Shown piece by piece: positions 40,660-50,005 of a stretch of 64,000 bases of DNA. The position numbers and the translations under genes were made by a program. Numbering within the stretch: the stretch's first letter is position 1; the number at the start of each line of letters is the position of its first letter. The DNA comes from Clostridiales bacterium (GTDB taxonomy: Bacteria; Bacillota; Clostridia; Lachnospirales; Lachnospiraceae), in the NCBI GenBank assembly GCA_012520645.1, contig JAAYNV010000025.1, positions 24,137-88,136 of the forward strand, in the 5' to 3' direction. The notes under the pieces are model-generated. The model made no database searches. It saw only the letters and a list, made by a program, of their open reading frames with translations, and was not told the DNA's origin.

Positions 40660-41694
40660 ATGGAAGAAATTACAATTAAAGATATTGCAAGGATGTGCGG
40701 CGTCGGAGTCAGTACTGTTTCACGTGCCATCAATAATCATCCGGATATCAATCCGGAGACAAAGCAAAAGGTCATGGACGTGATCAAGGAATACGGCTAT
40801 ATTCCAAACAACAGTGCACGGAATTTAAAGAGGACGGATGCCAAAAGCATTGCAGTACTTGTAAAAGGTATGACGAACCCTTTTTTCAGCAGCATGATTA
40901 AGGCTATGGAAGCGGAAATCAAGCGTAAGAAGTATATGATGGTGCTGCGTCATGTAGATCAGAAGGAAGATGAAGTTGATGTTGCGCTGGAACTGATCAA
41001 GGAAAAGCGTCTGCGAGGAATTATTTTCCTGGGTGGCTATTTTTATCATGCAGAAGAGAAGCTGGAAAAGCTGAATGTACCGTTTATTTTAAGTACGGTT
41101 GGCTGTCCGCCGGAGAATATGAGTAGAAAGCATTATTCCTCCTTAGCGGTGGATGATGAAAAGGAAAGTTATAGGATGGTCAGCCATCTGATCGAACAGG
41201 GGCATAAAAGGATAGCCATTCTCTGTGCGGACTCAGAGGATGAAAGTATTGGTCGTCTGCGTCTGGCAGGTTACCAGAAGGCACTAAAGGATCATGAGCT
41301 TCCAATGGACGAAGAACTGATTTGCCGTATGAAGCAGGGAATCGAATCCTATTCCTATCAGAACGGTTATGTGATCATGCGGGAGCTTTTAGAAAAACGA
41401 AATGATTTTACGGCAGTATTTGCGATTTCCGATATTCTGGCAATGGGAGCATGCCGGGCCATCATTGAGGAAGGAAAGAGAGTGCCACAGGACATATCTG
41501 TAGCGGGCTTTGACGGAATCGAAGCCGGGGATTATTATATCCCGACGATTACGACGATCAAGCAGCCTGTAGAGGAGATCGCAAGGGCGACGACCAAGCT
41601 TTTATTTGATATTCTGTCAGGCAGGGAAAAGAACCAGCATCAGATTTTTGAAGGTGAGCTGTTGGAAAAAGAGTCCACCGGAAGGCTGAAATAA
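40660..41694 (+). CDS. LacI family transcriptional regulator (MalR-like by context)
   Basis: I prefer the ATG at 40660, giving MEEITIKDIARMCGVGVSTVSRAINN (helix-turn-helix), followed by a sugar-binding core. Confidence 0.85.
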   Translation: MEEITIKDIARMCGVGVSTVSRAINNHPDINPETKQKVMDVIKEYGYIPNNSARNLKRTDAKSIAVLVKGMTNPFFSSMIKAMEAEIKRKKYMMVLRHVDQKEDEVDVALELIKEKRLRGIIFLGGYFYHAEEKLEKLNVPFILSTVGCPPENMSRKHYSSLAVDDEKESYRMVSHLIEQGHKRIAILCADSEDESIGRLRLAGYQKALKDHELPMDEELICRMKQGIESYSYQNGYVIMRELLEKRNDFTAVFAISDILAMGACRAIIEEGKRVPQDISVAGFDGIEAGDYYIPTITTIKQPVEEIARATTKLLFDILSGREKNQHQIFEGELLEKESTGRLK

Positions 41695-41745
41695 GGTCGG
41701 AAGCTTATAAGACTGGCAAATTCCATATTGGATTTGTATAAAAGA

Positions 41746-41777
41746 GGAGGGGCGCGTAATGCGCCTCTCCTTTTTTC
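41746..41777 (+). terminator. Terminator after the LacI/MalR-like gene
   Basis: GGAGGGGCGC (41746-41755) pairs with GCGCCTCTCC (41761-41770), with one G-T pair, and is followed by TTTTTT. Confidence 0.75.
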
Positions 41778-41899
41778 TGTGTGTCCGAAAAGAAGCGCCG
41801 CCAGAAAAATAATCTGTGCTGCTGTTTTTTTCATAAACGGATACCATACAGGAGAGGATATGGTATAATAATAAATATTAAGAAAGAAAGGACATCCCC

Positions 41900-42355
41900 A
41901 TGGAAATTGAACGGAAATTTATTATAAAAGAGCTCCCGAAAGACCTTGCGCAGTATCCGGTTCAGCTGATTGAACAGGCATACCTGAACACAGACCCGGT
42001 ACTGCGGATCAGACGGCAGGATGAGGAATATTACCTGACCTATAAGGGAAAAGGACTGCTTGCAAGAGAAGAGTACAATCTGCCGCTTAATGCGGAATCC
42101 TATGCACATCTTTTAAAAAAGGCAGACGGAAATATTATTTCCAAAAAGCGGTACCGGATTCCAAGTAAGGATGGGAAGCATACGGTGGAGCTGGATGTAT
42201 TTGCAGAGCCGTTTAAGCCACTTGTGATTGCCGAGGTGGAATTTGAATCCGAAGAGGCAGCCGGAGCGTATGAACCGGAGGAGTGGTTTTTAGAGGATGT
42301 GACAAAGGATGCCCGGTATCATAATTCCAATTTGAGCAGAAAGGAGATGGAATGA
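41900..42355 (+). CDS. CYTH domain protein (triphosphate tunnel metalloenzyme)
   Basis: 151 aa. The N-terminal MEIERKF carries the ExExK signature. The size is typical of CYTH proteins. Confidence 0.8.
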   Translation: MEIERKFIIKELPKDLAQYPVQLIEQAYLNTDPVLRIRRQDEEYYLTYKGKGLLAREEYNLPLNAESYAHLLKKADGNIISKKRYRIPSKDGKHTVELDVFAEPFKPLVIAEVEFESEEAAGAYEPEEWFLEDVTKDARYHNSNLSRKEME

Positions 42356-42359
42356 AACA

Positions 42360-42914
42360 ATGAGTGTAGTAGGTGTATTTTTTGCGGAGGGGTATGAAGA
42401 GATTGAGGCGCTTACGGTAGTAGACATTCTGCGCAGGGGCGGAATCGAAGTCAGGATGATTTCTGTCACAGGAGAAAAAGAAGTGACTGGTTCCCATAAA
42501 ATTACCGTAAAAATGGATCAGACATTATCGGAGACGGATTTTTTGGGGCTTGATATGATTGTGCTGCCGGGCGGTATGCCGGGAACAACCAATCTGGAGA
42601 GCTGTGCGCTGCTTATGGAGCAGGTGGATGCTTTTAACCGGCAGGGAAAAGGTATCAGTGCAATCTGCGCGGCACCGAGCATTTTCGGGCACCGGGGGAT
42701 GTTAGAGGGAAGGAATGCCTGTTGCTATCCGGACCGGGAGCCGGAACTTTCAGGCGCTTTGGTGACAAAAAATCCGGTAGAGGTGTCGGAGCATGTGACG
42801 ACCTCCCGGGGGATGGGAACGGCAATTGAGTTTGCACTGGCGATTCTGGAGCGGTTTCAGGGAAGGGAAGCAGCAGACAGGATGGCGGAAAAAATTGTAT
42901 ATGTAAGAGCATAA
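42360..42914 (+). CDS. DJ-1/PfpI family protein
   Basis: 184 aa. The nucleophile-elbow Cys lies in ISAICAAPSIF, and LPGGMPG is present. Confidence 0.85.
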   Translation: MSVVGVFFAEGYEEIEALTVVDILRRGGIEVRMISVTGEKEVTGSHKITVKMDQTLSETDFLGLDMIVLPGGMPGTTNLESCALLMEQVDAFNRQGKGISAICAAPSIFGHRGMLEGRNACCYPDREPELSGALVTKNPVEVSEHVTTSRGMGTAIEFALAILERFQGREAADRMAEKIVYVRA

Positions 42915-42939
42915 GAGAGAAGGAGCAAGGGGAAAGGCA

Positions 42940-43350
42940 GTGAACATTTTATTTTTTCTGACGCCGAAAAAGGAGGTCGCCCATGTACATTCGGATGACT
43001 CACTGCGTCAGGTCATGGAGAAAATGGAGCATCATGGATATACGGCAGTACCGCTTTTATCCATGGATGGAGAATATATCGGAACGGTTACGGAAGGAGA
43101 TCTGCTCTGGAAGATGAAAGAGCTGGATTTCCCGGATTTAAAAGAGATGGAAGAAATTTCCGTCATGGAGATCAGAAGGCACAGGGACAATGAAGCAGTA
43201 CATATCGGAGCGGAGATGACGGATCTTTTGGAGAAAGTAAACCGGCAGAACTTTGTACCGGTTGTAGATGACAAAAATGTATTTATTGGAATTGTGACAA
43301 GAAAGGATATCATGACCTATTTGCGTGACAGGATGCAGGAGGAGCCTTAA
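42940..43350 (+). CDS. CBS domain pair protein
   Basis: 136 aa with a GTG start and a GGAG-rich upstream region. It has two CBS-like repeats (YTAVPLLSMDGEYIGTVTEGDLL and NFVPVVDDKNVFIGIVTRKDIM). Confidence 0.7.
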   Translation: MNILFFLTPKKEVAHVHSDDSLRQVMEKMEHHGYTAVPLLSMDGEYIGTVTEGDLLWKMKELDFPDLKEMEEISVMEIRRHRDNEAVHIGAEMTDLLEKVNRQNFVPVVDDKNVFIGIVTRKDIMTYLRDRMQEEP

Positions 43351-44114
43351 TGCTCCTCCAGTACTGTTTTTGCTTTTCGGATTTTAGCCTCATCGGTCTG
43401 CCAGATGGAGTATTCATCCAGACCCGGCAGTCCCATGCTGACTGCGGGATTGCGGTAGACCATCCCACTGTTTACGACCTGCTTGCCGGACATGTGGAAG
43501 GTATGAAGTTTCGTTTCGGACAGGAGCTTTTTTATGACAGCGGCGTTGACACCTGCGCCTGCCATAATATCCAGTCTGCCGTCAGCTTTTGTGCAGAGCC
43601 TGTTTAAAAGCGGGATACCGTCCAGACAGCTGTTTGCCTGACTGGAGGTCAGAATCGTGTGGAATCCGAGCTGACAGGCATTTTCCAAGGCACGCTCAGG
43701 CTCACGGCACATATCAAAGGCGCGATGCAGCGTTAAGTGCATAGAACCGGCATGTGAGATCAGCCGCGCCAGAATTTCGCTATCCAGGTCACCGTCCGGG
43801 GTCAGGGCACCGATCACAACACCTTCGGCACCTGCGTCACGGAAGGCTTCAATATCTTCTTCCATCATGCGAACCTCGTCTTCGGAATAAAGGAAATCAC
43901 CGAAGCGGGGGCGGATCAGGGCATGGATACGGATATTGCATTCCCTTCGGATGGAGCGAAACAGGGAAAGGGAGGGTGTGGTGCCCCCAATGATCAGGTT
44001 GCCGCACAGTTCCAGACGGTCTGCACCGCCGCGGTATGCGGCAAAGGCGGAAGCGGTGCTGTCCACACAGCATTCCAATAAGTGATAAGGATGGTTTGCG
44101 GAATGGTCGTGCAT
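43347..44114 (-). CDS. cutC: Copper homeostasis protein CutC
   Basis: Start moved to the ATG at 44114 (AAAGGAGA upstream). The sequence LECCVDSTASAFAAYRGGADRLELCGNLIIGGTTPS matches the CutC family. Its stop codon overlaps the stop codon of the convergent CBS gene. Confidence 0.85.
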   Translation of the reverse strand: MHDHSANHPYHLLECCVDSTASAFAAYRGGADRLELCGNLIIGGTTPSLSLFRSIRRECNIRIHALIRPRFGDFLYSEDEVRMMEEDIEAFRDAGAEGVVIGALTPDGDLDSEILARLISHAGSMHLTLHRAFDMCREPERALENACQLGFHTILTSSQANSCLDGIPLLNRLCTKADGRLDIMAGAGVNAAVIKKLLSETKLHTFHMSGKQVVNSGMVYRNPAVSMGLPGLDEYSIWQTDEAKIRKAKTVLEEH

Positions 44115-44191
44115 ACGATTCTCCTTTCGATTTGAAAATTCAAAAACGGAATTTGTTATATTTATTATGAAGATGGAGGCGGGAAAAGTCA

Positions 44192-46045
44192 ATGCGGATC
44201 ACAGGGCTTCATATCAGAAATTTTCGTTTTATTCAGGATATAAAAATCAAGGATGTAGAGAGTGCACTGATTTTAGTCGGGACCAACAGTTCGGGCAAAA
44301 GCAGTGTGTTGGATGCGGTGCGGGCTGCGTTTTCGGATTATGAAGTAAAGACGGATGATTTTAATGAAAAGAAGCAGAATATTGAAATAGAGACAGAACT
44401 TTCCATAACGGATGAGGATTTAAAATTTCTGCACAGAAACGGTATTGTCAGCCAGTACAAAAGGTATGATCTGTGGAAAAAGGAATTTGAAAAAAAGTTT
44501 CCTTCTTATCAGGATGGAATCCTGCGCTTTACTTTTGTGGCAAATTATGGCGGCGGGCACCGCTATGCGGATGGCAGCAGGAAACATAATCCGTATATTG
44601 TGCAGGTGCTTCCGAAAATTTATTTTATGGATGCCTCCAGAAATCTGACCGGACTGCAGGCGGATATACTGGCATTTCAGGAAGATGATCTGTTAAATCA
44701 GATGCGTTCGGACTGCTGTCTGTTTGATCGTGCGAAGACCTGTAACCACTGTTTTCAGTGCATCGGACTGATTCATCAGAAGACCACGGAGGAGTTAAAT
44801 GCGTTTGAAACGGCAAAGCTTTTGGAGTATAAGCTCTACCAGCTGAATCTGAACGAATTCGGAGAACGGGTAAACCGTAATTTCCACAGGAATGGCGGCG
44901 GCGAGGAACAGATACACTATACATTACAATGCAATGCGGAACAGTATCTGAAGGTGGAGGCATGGACCTATCATCCGAAACGAGATCTGTATCAGAAGGT
45001 TGAGCAGATGGGCAAGGGAATGCGCAGCATCTATATGCTGTCGCTTTTGGAAGCATGTGTGGACGGAGAACAGAAGAAGGCAAGCATCATTATGATGGAG
45101 GATCCGGAAATTTTTTTGCATCCGGAGCTGCAGAAGATTTCGGGCAACATTCTCTACCGATTGTCTAAAAAGAATCAGGTTATCTTTTCCACGCATTCAC
45201 CGAATTTATTTTATAATTTTAACAGCAGACAGATCAGGCAGATCTATCTGGATGAAAGCTGCATGACCTGTATGCGGAAACGGACGGATATTGATGCGAT
45301 TCTGAATGATCTGGGCTATGCGGCAAACGATCTGATGAATGTCAATTTTGTCTTTATTGTGGAAGGAAAGCAGGATAAGAACCGGCTTCCACTTCTTTTG
45401 CAGAAATACTATTCTGAAGTATACGACAGTCAGGGAAGGCTTTCGAGGATTGCCATTATTACGACGAACAGCTGTACCAATATCAAGACCTATGCCAATT
45501 TAAAATATATGAACCAGATTTATCTGAGGGATCAGTTTTTGATGATCCGGGACGGAGACGGCAAGGATGCCGAAACGCTGGCGGCACAGCTTTGCCGTTA
45601 CTATGATGAAAGTGCAAACCGGGACATCGACAGGCTGCCGCGGGTGACCAGACGGAATGTATTGATTTTAAAATATTATTCCTTTGAGAATTACTTTCTG
45701 AATCCGAAGGTCATGACACAGATTGGTGTATTGAAACAGGAAGCGGATTTTTATGAGGTTCTTTTTGAAAAGTGGAAAGAATATCTGCATCGTATCCGTA
45801 GCGGACAGGCACTTTTACAGGTGCTTGGAAGGGATTTTGATTCACCGGAGGATATCAGAACACATATGGAAGAAATAAAAATCCATCTGCGGGGACACAA
45901 TCTGTATGATATTTTTTACGGTCCGTATAAAGACAGGGAGAAGGAACTTCTGACCCGCTATATTGAACTGGCGCCCAGAGAGGACTTTGCGGATATTCTG
46001 GATACGATCGATTCCTTTGTTTATTTTGACAACCGAAAAAAATAG
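44192..46045 (+). CDS. OLD-family ABC-type ATPase fused to a TOPRIM (DUF4435-like) nuclease domain; putative anti-phage defence protein
   Basis: 617 aa. Motifs: Walker A GTNSSGKS (44279-44302); Walker B region IIMMEDPEIFLHPEL (from 45086); H-loop FSTHSP; TOPRIM Glu in FIVEGKQD (45362-45364); DGD in MIRDGDGKD (45551-45559); and YSFENYFL. Confidence 0.75.
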   Translation: MRITGLHIRNFRFIQDIKIKDVESALILVGTNSSGKSSVLDAVRAAFSDYEVKTDDFNEKKQNIEIETELSITDEDLKFLHRNGIVSQYKRYDLWKKEFEKKFPSYQDGILRFTFVANYGGGHRYADGSRKHNPYIVQVLPKIYFMDASRNLTGLQADILAFQEDDLLNQMRSDCCLFDRAKTCNHCFQCIGLIHQKTTEELNAFETAKLLEYKLYQLNLNEFGERVNRNFHRNGGGEEQIHYTLQCNAEQYLKVEAWTYHPKRDLYQKVEQMGKGMRSIYMLSLLEACVDGEQKKASIIMMEDPEIFLHPELQKISGNILYRLSKKNQVIFSTHSPNLFYNFNSRQIRQIYLDESCMTCMRKRTDIDAILNDLGYAANDLMNVNFVFIVEGKQDKNRLPLLLQKYYSEVYDSQGRLSRIAIITTNSCTNIKTYANLKYMNQIYLRDQFLMIRDGDGKDAETLAAQLCRYYDESANRDIDRLPRVTRRNVLILKYYSFENYFLNPKVMTQIGVLKQEADFYEVLFEKWKEYLHRIRSGQALLQVLGRDFDSPEDIRTHMEEIKIHLRGHNLYDIFYGPYKDREKELLTRYIELAPREDFADILDTIDSFVYFDNRKK

Positions 46046-46226
46046 AATTTGATTCATATGAAAAACTTACCATTATAATATTTTTATCTTCGAAGATACT
46101 AAGAACAAGATAAGACGGCGGAAAACTTATGCTGGATCACTTCAGGATAAGGAAGACCAAAGCCTTATCTTGAAGGATAGATAAATGGCGTGAAAACGTC
46201 AGAAAACAAAATGGAGGTAAATTAAA

Positions 46227-46427
46227 ATGGCAAGTAACAGCAAGAGCAGAATGGAAGTTCCTGAAGCAAAGGCAGCTATGGATCGTTTTAAAACAGAGGT
46301 AGCTTCTGAATTAGGTGTAAACCTGAAAGAGGGCTATAACGGCGACTTAACATCTAAGGAAGCCGGTTCCATCGGTGGTGAGATGGTTCGTAGAATGATC
46401 AAGAACCAGGAAGAACAGATGAAATAA
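46227..46427 (+). CDS. Alpha/beta-type small acid-soluble spore protein
   Basis: 66 aa with GGAGG upstream. The sequences KAAMDRFKTEVASELGV and GSIGGEMVRRMI are canonical alpha/beta-type SASP blocks, including a GPR-type cleavage context (TEVASE). Confidence 0.9.
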   Translation: MASNSKSRMEVPEAKAAMDRFKTEVASELGVNLKEGYNGDLTSKEAGSIGGEMVRRMIKNQEEQMK

Positions 46428-46462
46428 GGACTGCAGATTGTAAAAATGCAGAAATAGAAAGC

Positions 46463-46495
46463 GCGGAGATGCCGTAGAGGTATCTCCGCCTTTTT
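46463..46495 (+). terminator. Terminator of the SASP gene
   Basis: GCGGAGAT (46463-46470) pairs with ATCTCCGC (46482-46489) and is followed by CTTTTT. Confidence 0.75.
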
Positions 46496-46542
46496 GTGCG
46501 ATAAATTAAGAGAATTTTAGAGATTTTTAACCCGAAAAGGAA

Positions 46543-46571
46543 TTGCGCTTTGTTTTTCCTTATGCTATAAT
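46543..46571 (+). promoter_or_regulatory. Sigma-A promoter of tig
   Basis: TTGCGC (46543-46548), a 17-nt spacer, then TATAAT (46566-46571). Confidence 0.6.
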
Positions 46572-46635
46572 CGTAGAATGACTGTGATTATGTACATTTC
46601 TAATGAACATACGATATTGAAGGAGGAACTGTAAA

Positions 46636-47964
46636 ATGAGTTTACAGGTTGAAAAACTGGAAAAGAACATGGCGAAACTGACAATTGAGGTTTCTGCGGA
46701 AGAACTGGAAAAAGCGATTGAAAGCGCTTATCACAAAAATAAAAACAAGATCAGCGTACCGGGTTTCCGTAAGGGCAAGGTGCCGCGTCAGATGATTGAG
46801 AAAATGTACGGCAAGGCAGTATTTTATGAGGATGCCGCAAACGAACTGATTCCGTCCGCTTATGAGAAGGCATTGGATGAATGTGAAGAAACGATCGTAT
46901 CTTCTCCGAAGATCGAGGTAACACAGATTGAAGCCGGAAAGCCGTTTGTCTTTACAGCAGAAGTAGCGCTGAAGCCGGAAGTAAAGCTTGGAAAATACAA
47001 GGGCGTAAAGGTTCCGAAGGCTGACATCGAAGTAACAGAAGAAGAAGTAAATGCAGCCGTTGAGAAAGAAAGAGAAAGCAACGCAAGAACGATTTCCGTA
47101 GAAGACCGTGCTGTAAAGGACGGCGATATGACAACCCTGGATTTCGAAGGCTTTGTAGATGGTGTGGCATTCGAAGGTGGAAAGGGCGAGAACTATCCGC
47201 TTACAATCGGTTCCGGTGCTTTCATTCCGGGCTTTGAGGAGCAGTTAGTCGGTGCTGAGATCGGAAAAGAAGTAGAAGTGAATGTTACTTTTCCGGAGGA
47301 GTATCAGGCAAAGGAACTTGCCGGAAAAGCAGCTGTTTTCAAATGTACCGTAAAGGAAATCAAAGAAAAGCAGCTTCCTGAGCTGGATGATGAGTTTGCA
47401 TCCGAGGTTTCAGAATTTGATACTCTGGCTGAGTACAAGGAAGATGTCAAGAAGAAGCTGACAGAGAACAAAGAAAAAGAAGCAAAGAATGCAAAAGAGG
47501 ATGCGGCAATCAAAGCAGTCATCGAGGATTCCGATATGGAAATTCCGGAAGCTATGATTGAGACACAGCAGAGACAGATGGTAGATGAGTTTGCACAGAG
47601 AATTACCATGCAGGGAATTTCTCTGGAGCAGTACTTCCAGTTCACCGGTCTGACCGCAGAGAAGATGATGGAGCAGGTGAAGCCGCAGGCTGAGAACCGC
47701 ATCAAATCCCGTCTCGTATTAGAAGCTGTCGTAGCAAAAGAGAAGATTGAGCCGACAGAAGAAGAGGTAGAGGCTGAATTAAAGACTATGGGTGAAGCTT
47801 ATCAGATGGAGCTTGAAAAGGTAAAAGAGCTTCTGGATGAGAAGGCAATGAAGCAGATCAGGGAAGATCTGGCAGTACGTAAGGCTGCTGATTTTGTTGT
47901 AGAGAACGCAAAGGAAGAAAAGCCGAGAAAGAAAGCTGCCAAGGAAGCAAAAGAAGAGGAATAA
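46636..47964 (+). CDS. tig: Trigger factor
   Basis: 442 aa with GAAGGAGG upstream. It has an N-terminal ribosome-binding motif (GFRKGKVP), a central FKBP-type PPIase domain and an acidic C-terminus. Confidence 0.93.
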   Translation: MSLQVEKLEKNMAKLTIEVSAEELEKAIESAYHKNKNKISVPGFRKGKVPRQMIEKMYGKAVFYEDAANELIPSAYEKALDECEETIVSSPKIEVTQIEAGKPFVFTAEVALKPEVKLGKYKGVKVPKADIEVTEEEVNAAVEKERESNARTISVEDRAVKDGDMTTLDFEGFVDGVAFEGGKGENYPLTIGSGAFIPGFEEQLVGAEIGKEVEVNVTFPEEYQAKELAGKAAVFKCTVKEIKEKQLPELDDEFASEVSEFDTLAEYKEDVKKKLTENKEKEAKNAKEDAAIKAVIEDSDMEIPEAMIETQQRQMVDEFAQRITMQGISLEQYFQFTGLTAEKMMEQVKPQAENRIKSRLVLEAVVAKEKIEPTEEEVEAELKTMGEAYQMELEKVKELLDEKAMKQIREDLAVRKAADFVVENAKEEKPRKKAAKEAKEEE

Positions 47965-47997
47965 AAGCCAAGACTATAAGACATGGGAGGAAGCAGA

Positions 47998-48600
47998 ATG
48001 AGTTTAGTACCTTATGTCATTGAACAAACCAGCAGGGGCGAAAGATCCTACGATATTTATTCAAGACTTTTAAAAGACAGAATTATTTTTCTGGGAGAGG
48101 AAGTCAATGACACGACAGCCAGCCTGATCGTGGCACAGCTTCTTTTTCTGGAATCAGAAGATCCGGATAAGGATATCCAGTTTTATATTAACAGCCCGGG
48201 TGGAAGTATTACCGCAGGCATGGCAATTTATGATACGATGAAATATGTAAAATGCGACGTATCTACCATGTGTATCGGTATGGCAGCCAGCATGGGTGCG
48301 TTTCTGTTAGCCGGCGGTACAAAAGGAAAGCGTATGGCGCTTCCGAATGCGGAGATTATGATTCACCAGCCGCTTGGCGGAGCACAGGGACAGGCGACTG
48401 AAATTGAAATTGCGGCAAAGCACATTCTGTTCATTAAGGAAAGAATGAACCGCATTATGGCAGAAAACTGTGGCAAGGATTATGAGGTCATTGCAGCCGA
48501 TACGGAAAGAGACAACTGGAAGACAGCGGAAGAAGCGCTGGCTTACGGACTGATCGATCGTGTGGTAACGACCAGAAAAGCAGCAGAAGAAAGTAAATAG
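47998..48600 (+). CDS. clpP: ATP-dependent Clp protease proteolytic subunit
   Basis: Start at the ATG at 47998 (GGGAGG upstream). The sequence begins [25 protein letters not shown]. The catalytic Ser lies in [11 protein letters not shown] and the catalytic His in MIHQP. Confidence 0.95.
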   Translation: MSLVPYVIEQTSRGERSYDIYSRLLKDRIIFLGEEVNDTTASLIVAQLLFLESEDPDKDIQFYINSPGGSITAGMAIYDTMKYVKCDVSTMCIGMAASMGAFLLAGGTKGKRMALPNAEIMIHQPLGGAQGQATEIEIAAKHILFIKERMNRIMAENCGKDYEVIAADTERDNWKTAEEALAYGLIDRVVTTRKAAEESK

Positions 48601-48614
48601 AGTGGAGACCAAAA

Positions 48615-49892
48615 ATGACAGGAAAGAATTCTGACGGAAAAGTAAGATGTTCTTTTTGTAATAAAACGCAGGACCAGGTCAAGAAGCTGATTGCTGGTCC
48701 TTCGGGGGTCTATATTTGTGACGAATGTATTGACATATGCTCGGAGATTCTGGAAGAGGAATTCGAAGAGGAAGAAAATGCAGAAGAAAATCTGGAGATC
48801 AATCTGTTAAAGCCGATTGAAATCAAGGAGTTTCTGGATGAGTATGTCATTGGGCAGGAAGAAGCAAAAAAGGTTCTGTCCGTTGCAGTATACAACCATT
48901 ACAAGAGAGTAACTGCAGAAAAGGATGAAGACGACGTGGAGCTGCAGAAGAGTAATATACTGATGATCGGACCTACCGGTTCAGGTAAGACTTTTCTTGC
49001 TCAGACCCTCGCCAGAATCATCAATGTGCCGTTTGCGATTGCGGATGCCACGACATTGACGGAAGCGGGCTATGTAGGCGAGGATGTGGAGAACATTCTT
49101 TTAAAGCTTATTCAGGCAGCGGATTATGATGTGGAGAGAGCGCAGCTTGGAATCGTGTATATTGATGAGATTGATAAAATCACAAAGAAGAGTGAAAATG
49201 TATCCATTACCAGAGATGTTTCCGGTGAAGGGGTACAGCAGGCTCTTTTAAAGATCATAGAAGGTACGGTCGCTAGTGTACCGCCGCAGGGTGGAAGGAA
49301 GCATCCTCATCAGGAACTGATTCAGATTGATACTTCCAATATTCTGTTTATCTGCGGAGGAGCTTTTGACGGACTGGATAAGATCGTGGAGACCAGACTG
49401 GATCGAAAGTCCATCGGTTTCAATTCCCATATTGTTGGAAAATCTAACAGAGAGATTGGAGAAATTTTTGGGGAAGTAACACCGCAGGATTTGGTAAAGT
49501 TTGGGTTGATTCCGGAGTTTGTCGGAAGAGTACCGATCAACGTATCTCTTCAGGGACTGGACAAGGAGGCTCTTGTACGTATTATCAAAGAGCCTAAGAA
49601 CGCATTGGTCAAACAGTATCAGAAGCTGTTTGCATATGATGATGTAAAATTATCCTTCGAACCGGATGCGATAGAGGTCATTGCTGAACAGGCATTGGAA
49701 AGAAAGACCGGTGCAAGGGGACTTCGTTCCGTTATGGAAAACATCATGATGGATGTGATGTACCGTATTCCTTCGGATGATACAATTGAGGGATGTATTA
49801 TTACGAAGGAGGCAGCCGAGGGAATGAGTGAGCCTTTGTTAGTATACCATGAGAAGGACACAGAGGATGTACCGGCAAAACGGGCAAGATAA
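48615..49892 (+). CDS. clpX: ATP-dependent Clp protease ATP-binding subunit ClpX
   Basis: 425 aa with an N-terminal zinc-binding domain (CSFCNK...CDECI) and Walker A GPTGSGKT. Confidence 0.95.
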   Translation: MTGKNSDGKVRCSFCNKTQDQVKKLIAGPSGVYICDECIDICSEILEEEFEEEENAEENLEINLLKPIEIKEFLDEYVIGQEEAKKVLSVAVYNHYKRVTAEKDEDDVELQKSNILMIGPTGSGKTFLAQTLARIINVPFAIADATTLTEAGYVGEDVENILLKLIQAADYDVERAQLGIVYIDEIDKITKKSENVSITRDVSGEGVQQALLKIIEGTVASVPPQGGRKHPHQELIQIDTSNILFICGGAFDGLDKIVETRLDRKSIGFNSHIVGKSNREIGEIFGEVTPQDLVKFGLIPEFVGRVPINVSLQGLDKEALVRIIKEPKNALVKQYQKLFAYDDVKLSFEPDAIEVIAEQALERKTGARGLRSVMENIMMDVMYRIPSDDTIEGCIITKEAAEGMSEPLLVYHEKDTEDVPAKRAR

Positions 49893-49916
49893 AAACAGGA
49901 TAAATAAGAACGGAAT

Positions 49917-49946
49917 AAACGCCGCAGCACCTGCGGCGTTTGTTGT
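49917..49946 (+). terminator. Terminator after clpX
   Basis: AAACGCCGCAG (49917-49927) pairs with CTGCGGCGTTT (49931-49941) and is followed by a T-rich tail. Confidence 0.7.
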
Positions 49947-50005
49947 ACGACTGAAAGATTTTGAAGGGGTCGTATTGTAGATAAGGGAAGATATGAGGGA
50001 AAAAG

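Noticed and set aside
43347-43350. Overlapping stop codons of the convergent CBS-domain and cutC genes, with no terminator between them
   Set aside because: The observation is real but trivial. Compact convergent gene ends are common, and nothing further can be inferred from the sequence.
44115-46226. Mobile-element borders around the OLD-like gene
   Set aside because: I saw no integrase, transposase or recombinase gene, no flanking direct repeats and no tRNA or attachment-site fragment. By eye there is only a modest AT shift, at most. The insertion idea therefore rests on gene context alone and needs comparative genomics.
46574-46632. 18-codon upstream ORF (MTVIMYISNEHTILKEEL) in the tig leader
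   Set aside because: It has no Shine-Dalgarno sequence, and it ends within the tig ribosome-binding region. It is most likely fortuitous in an AT-rich 5' UTR.
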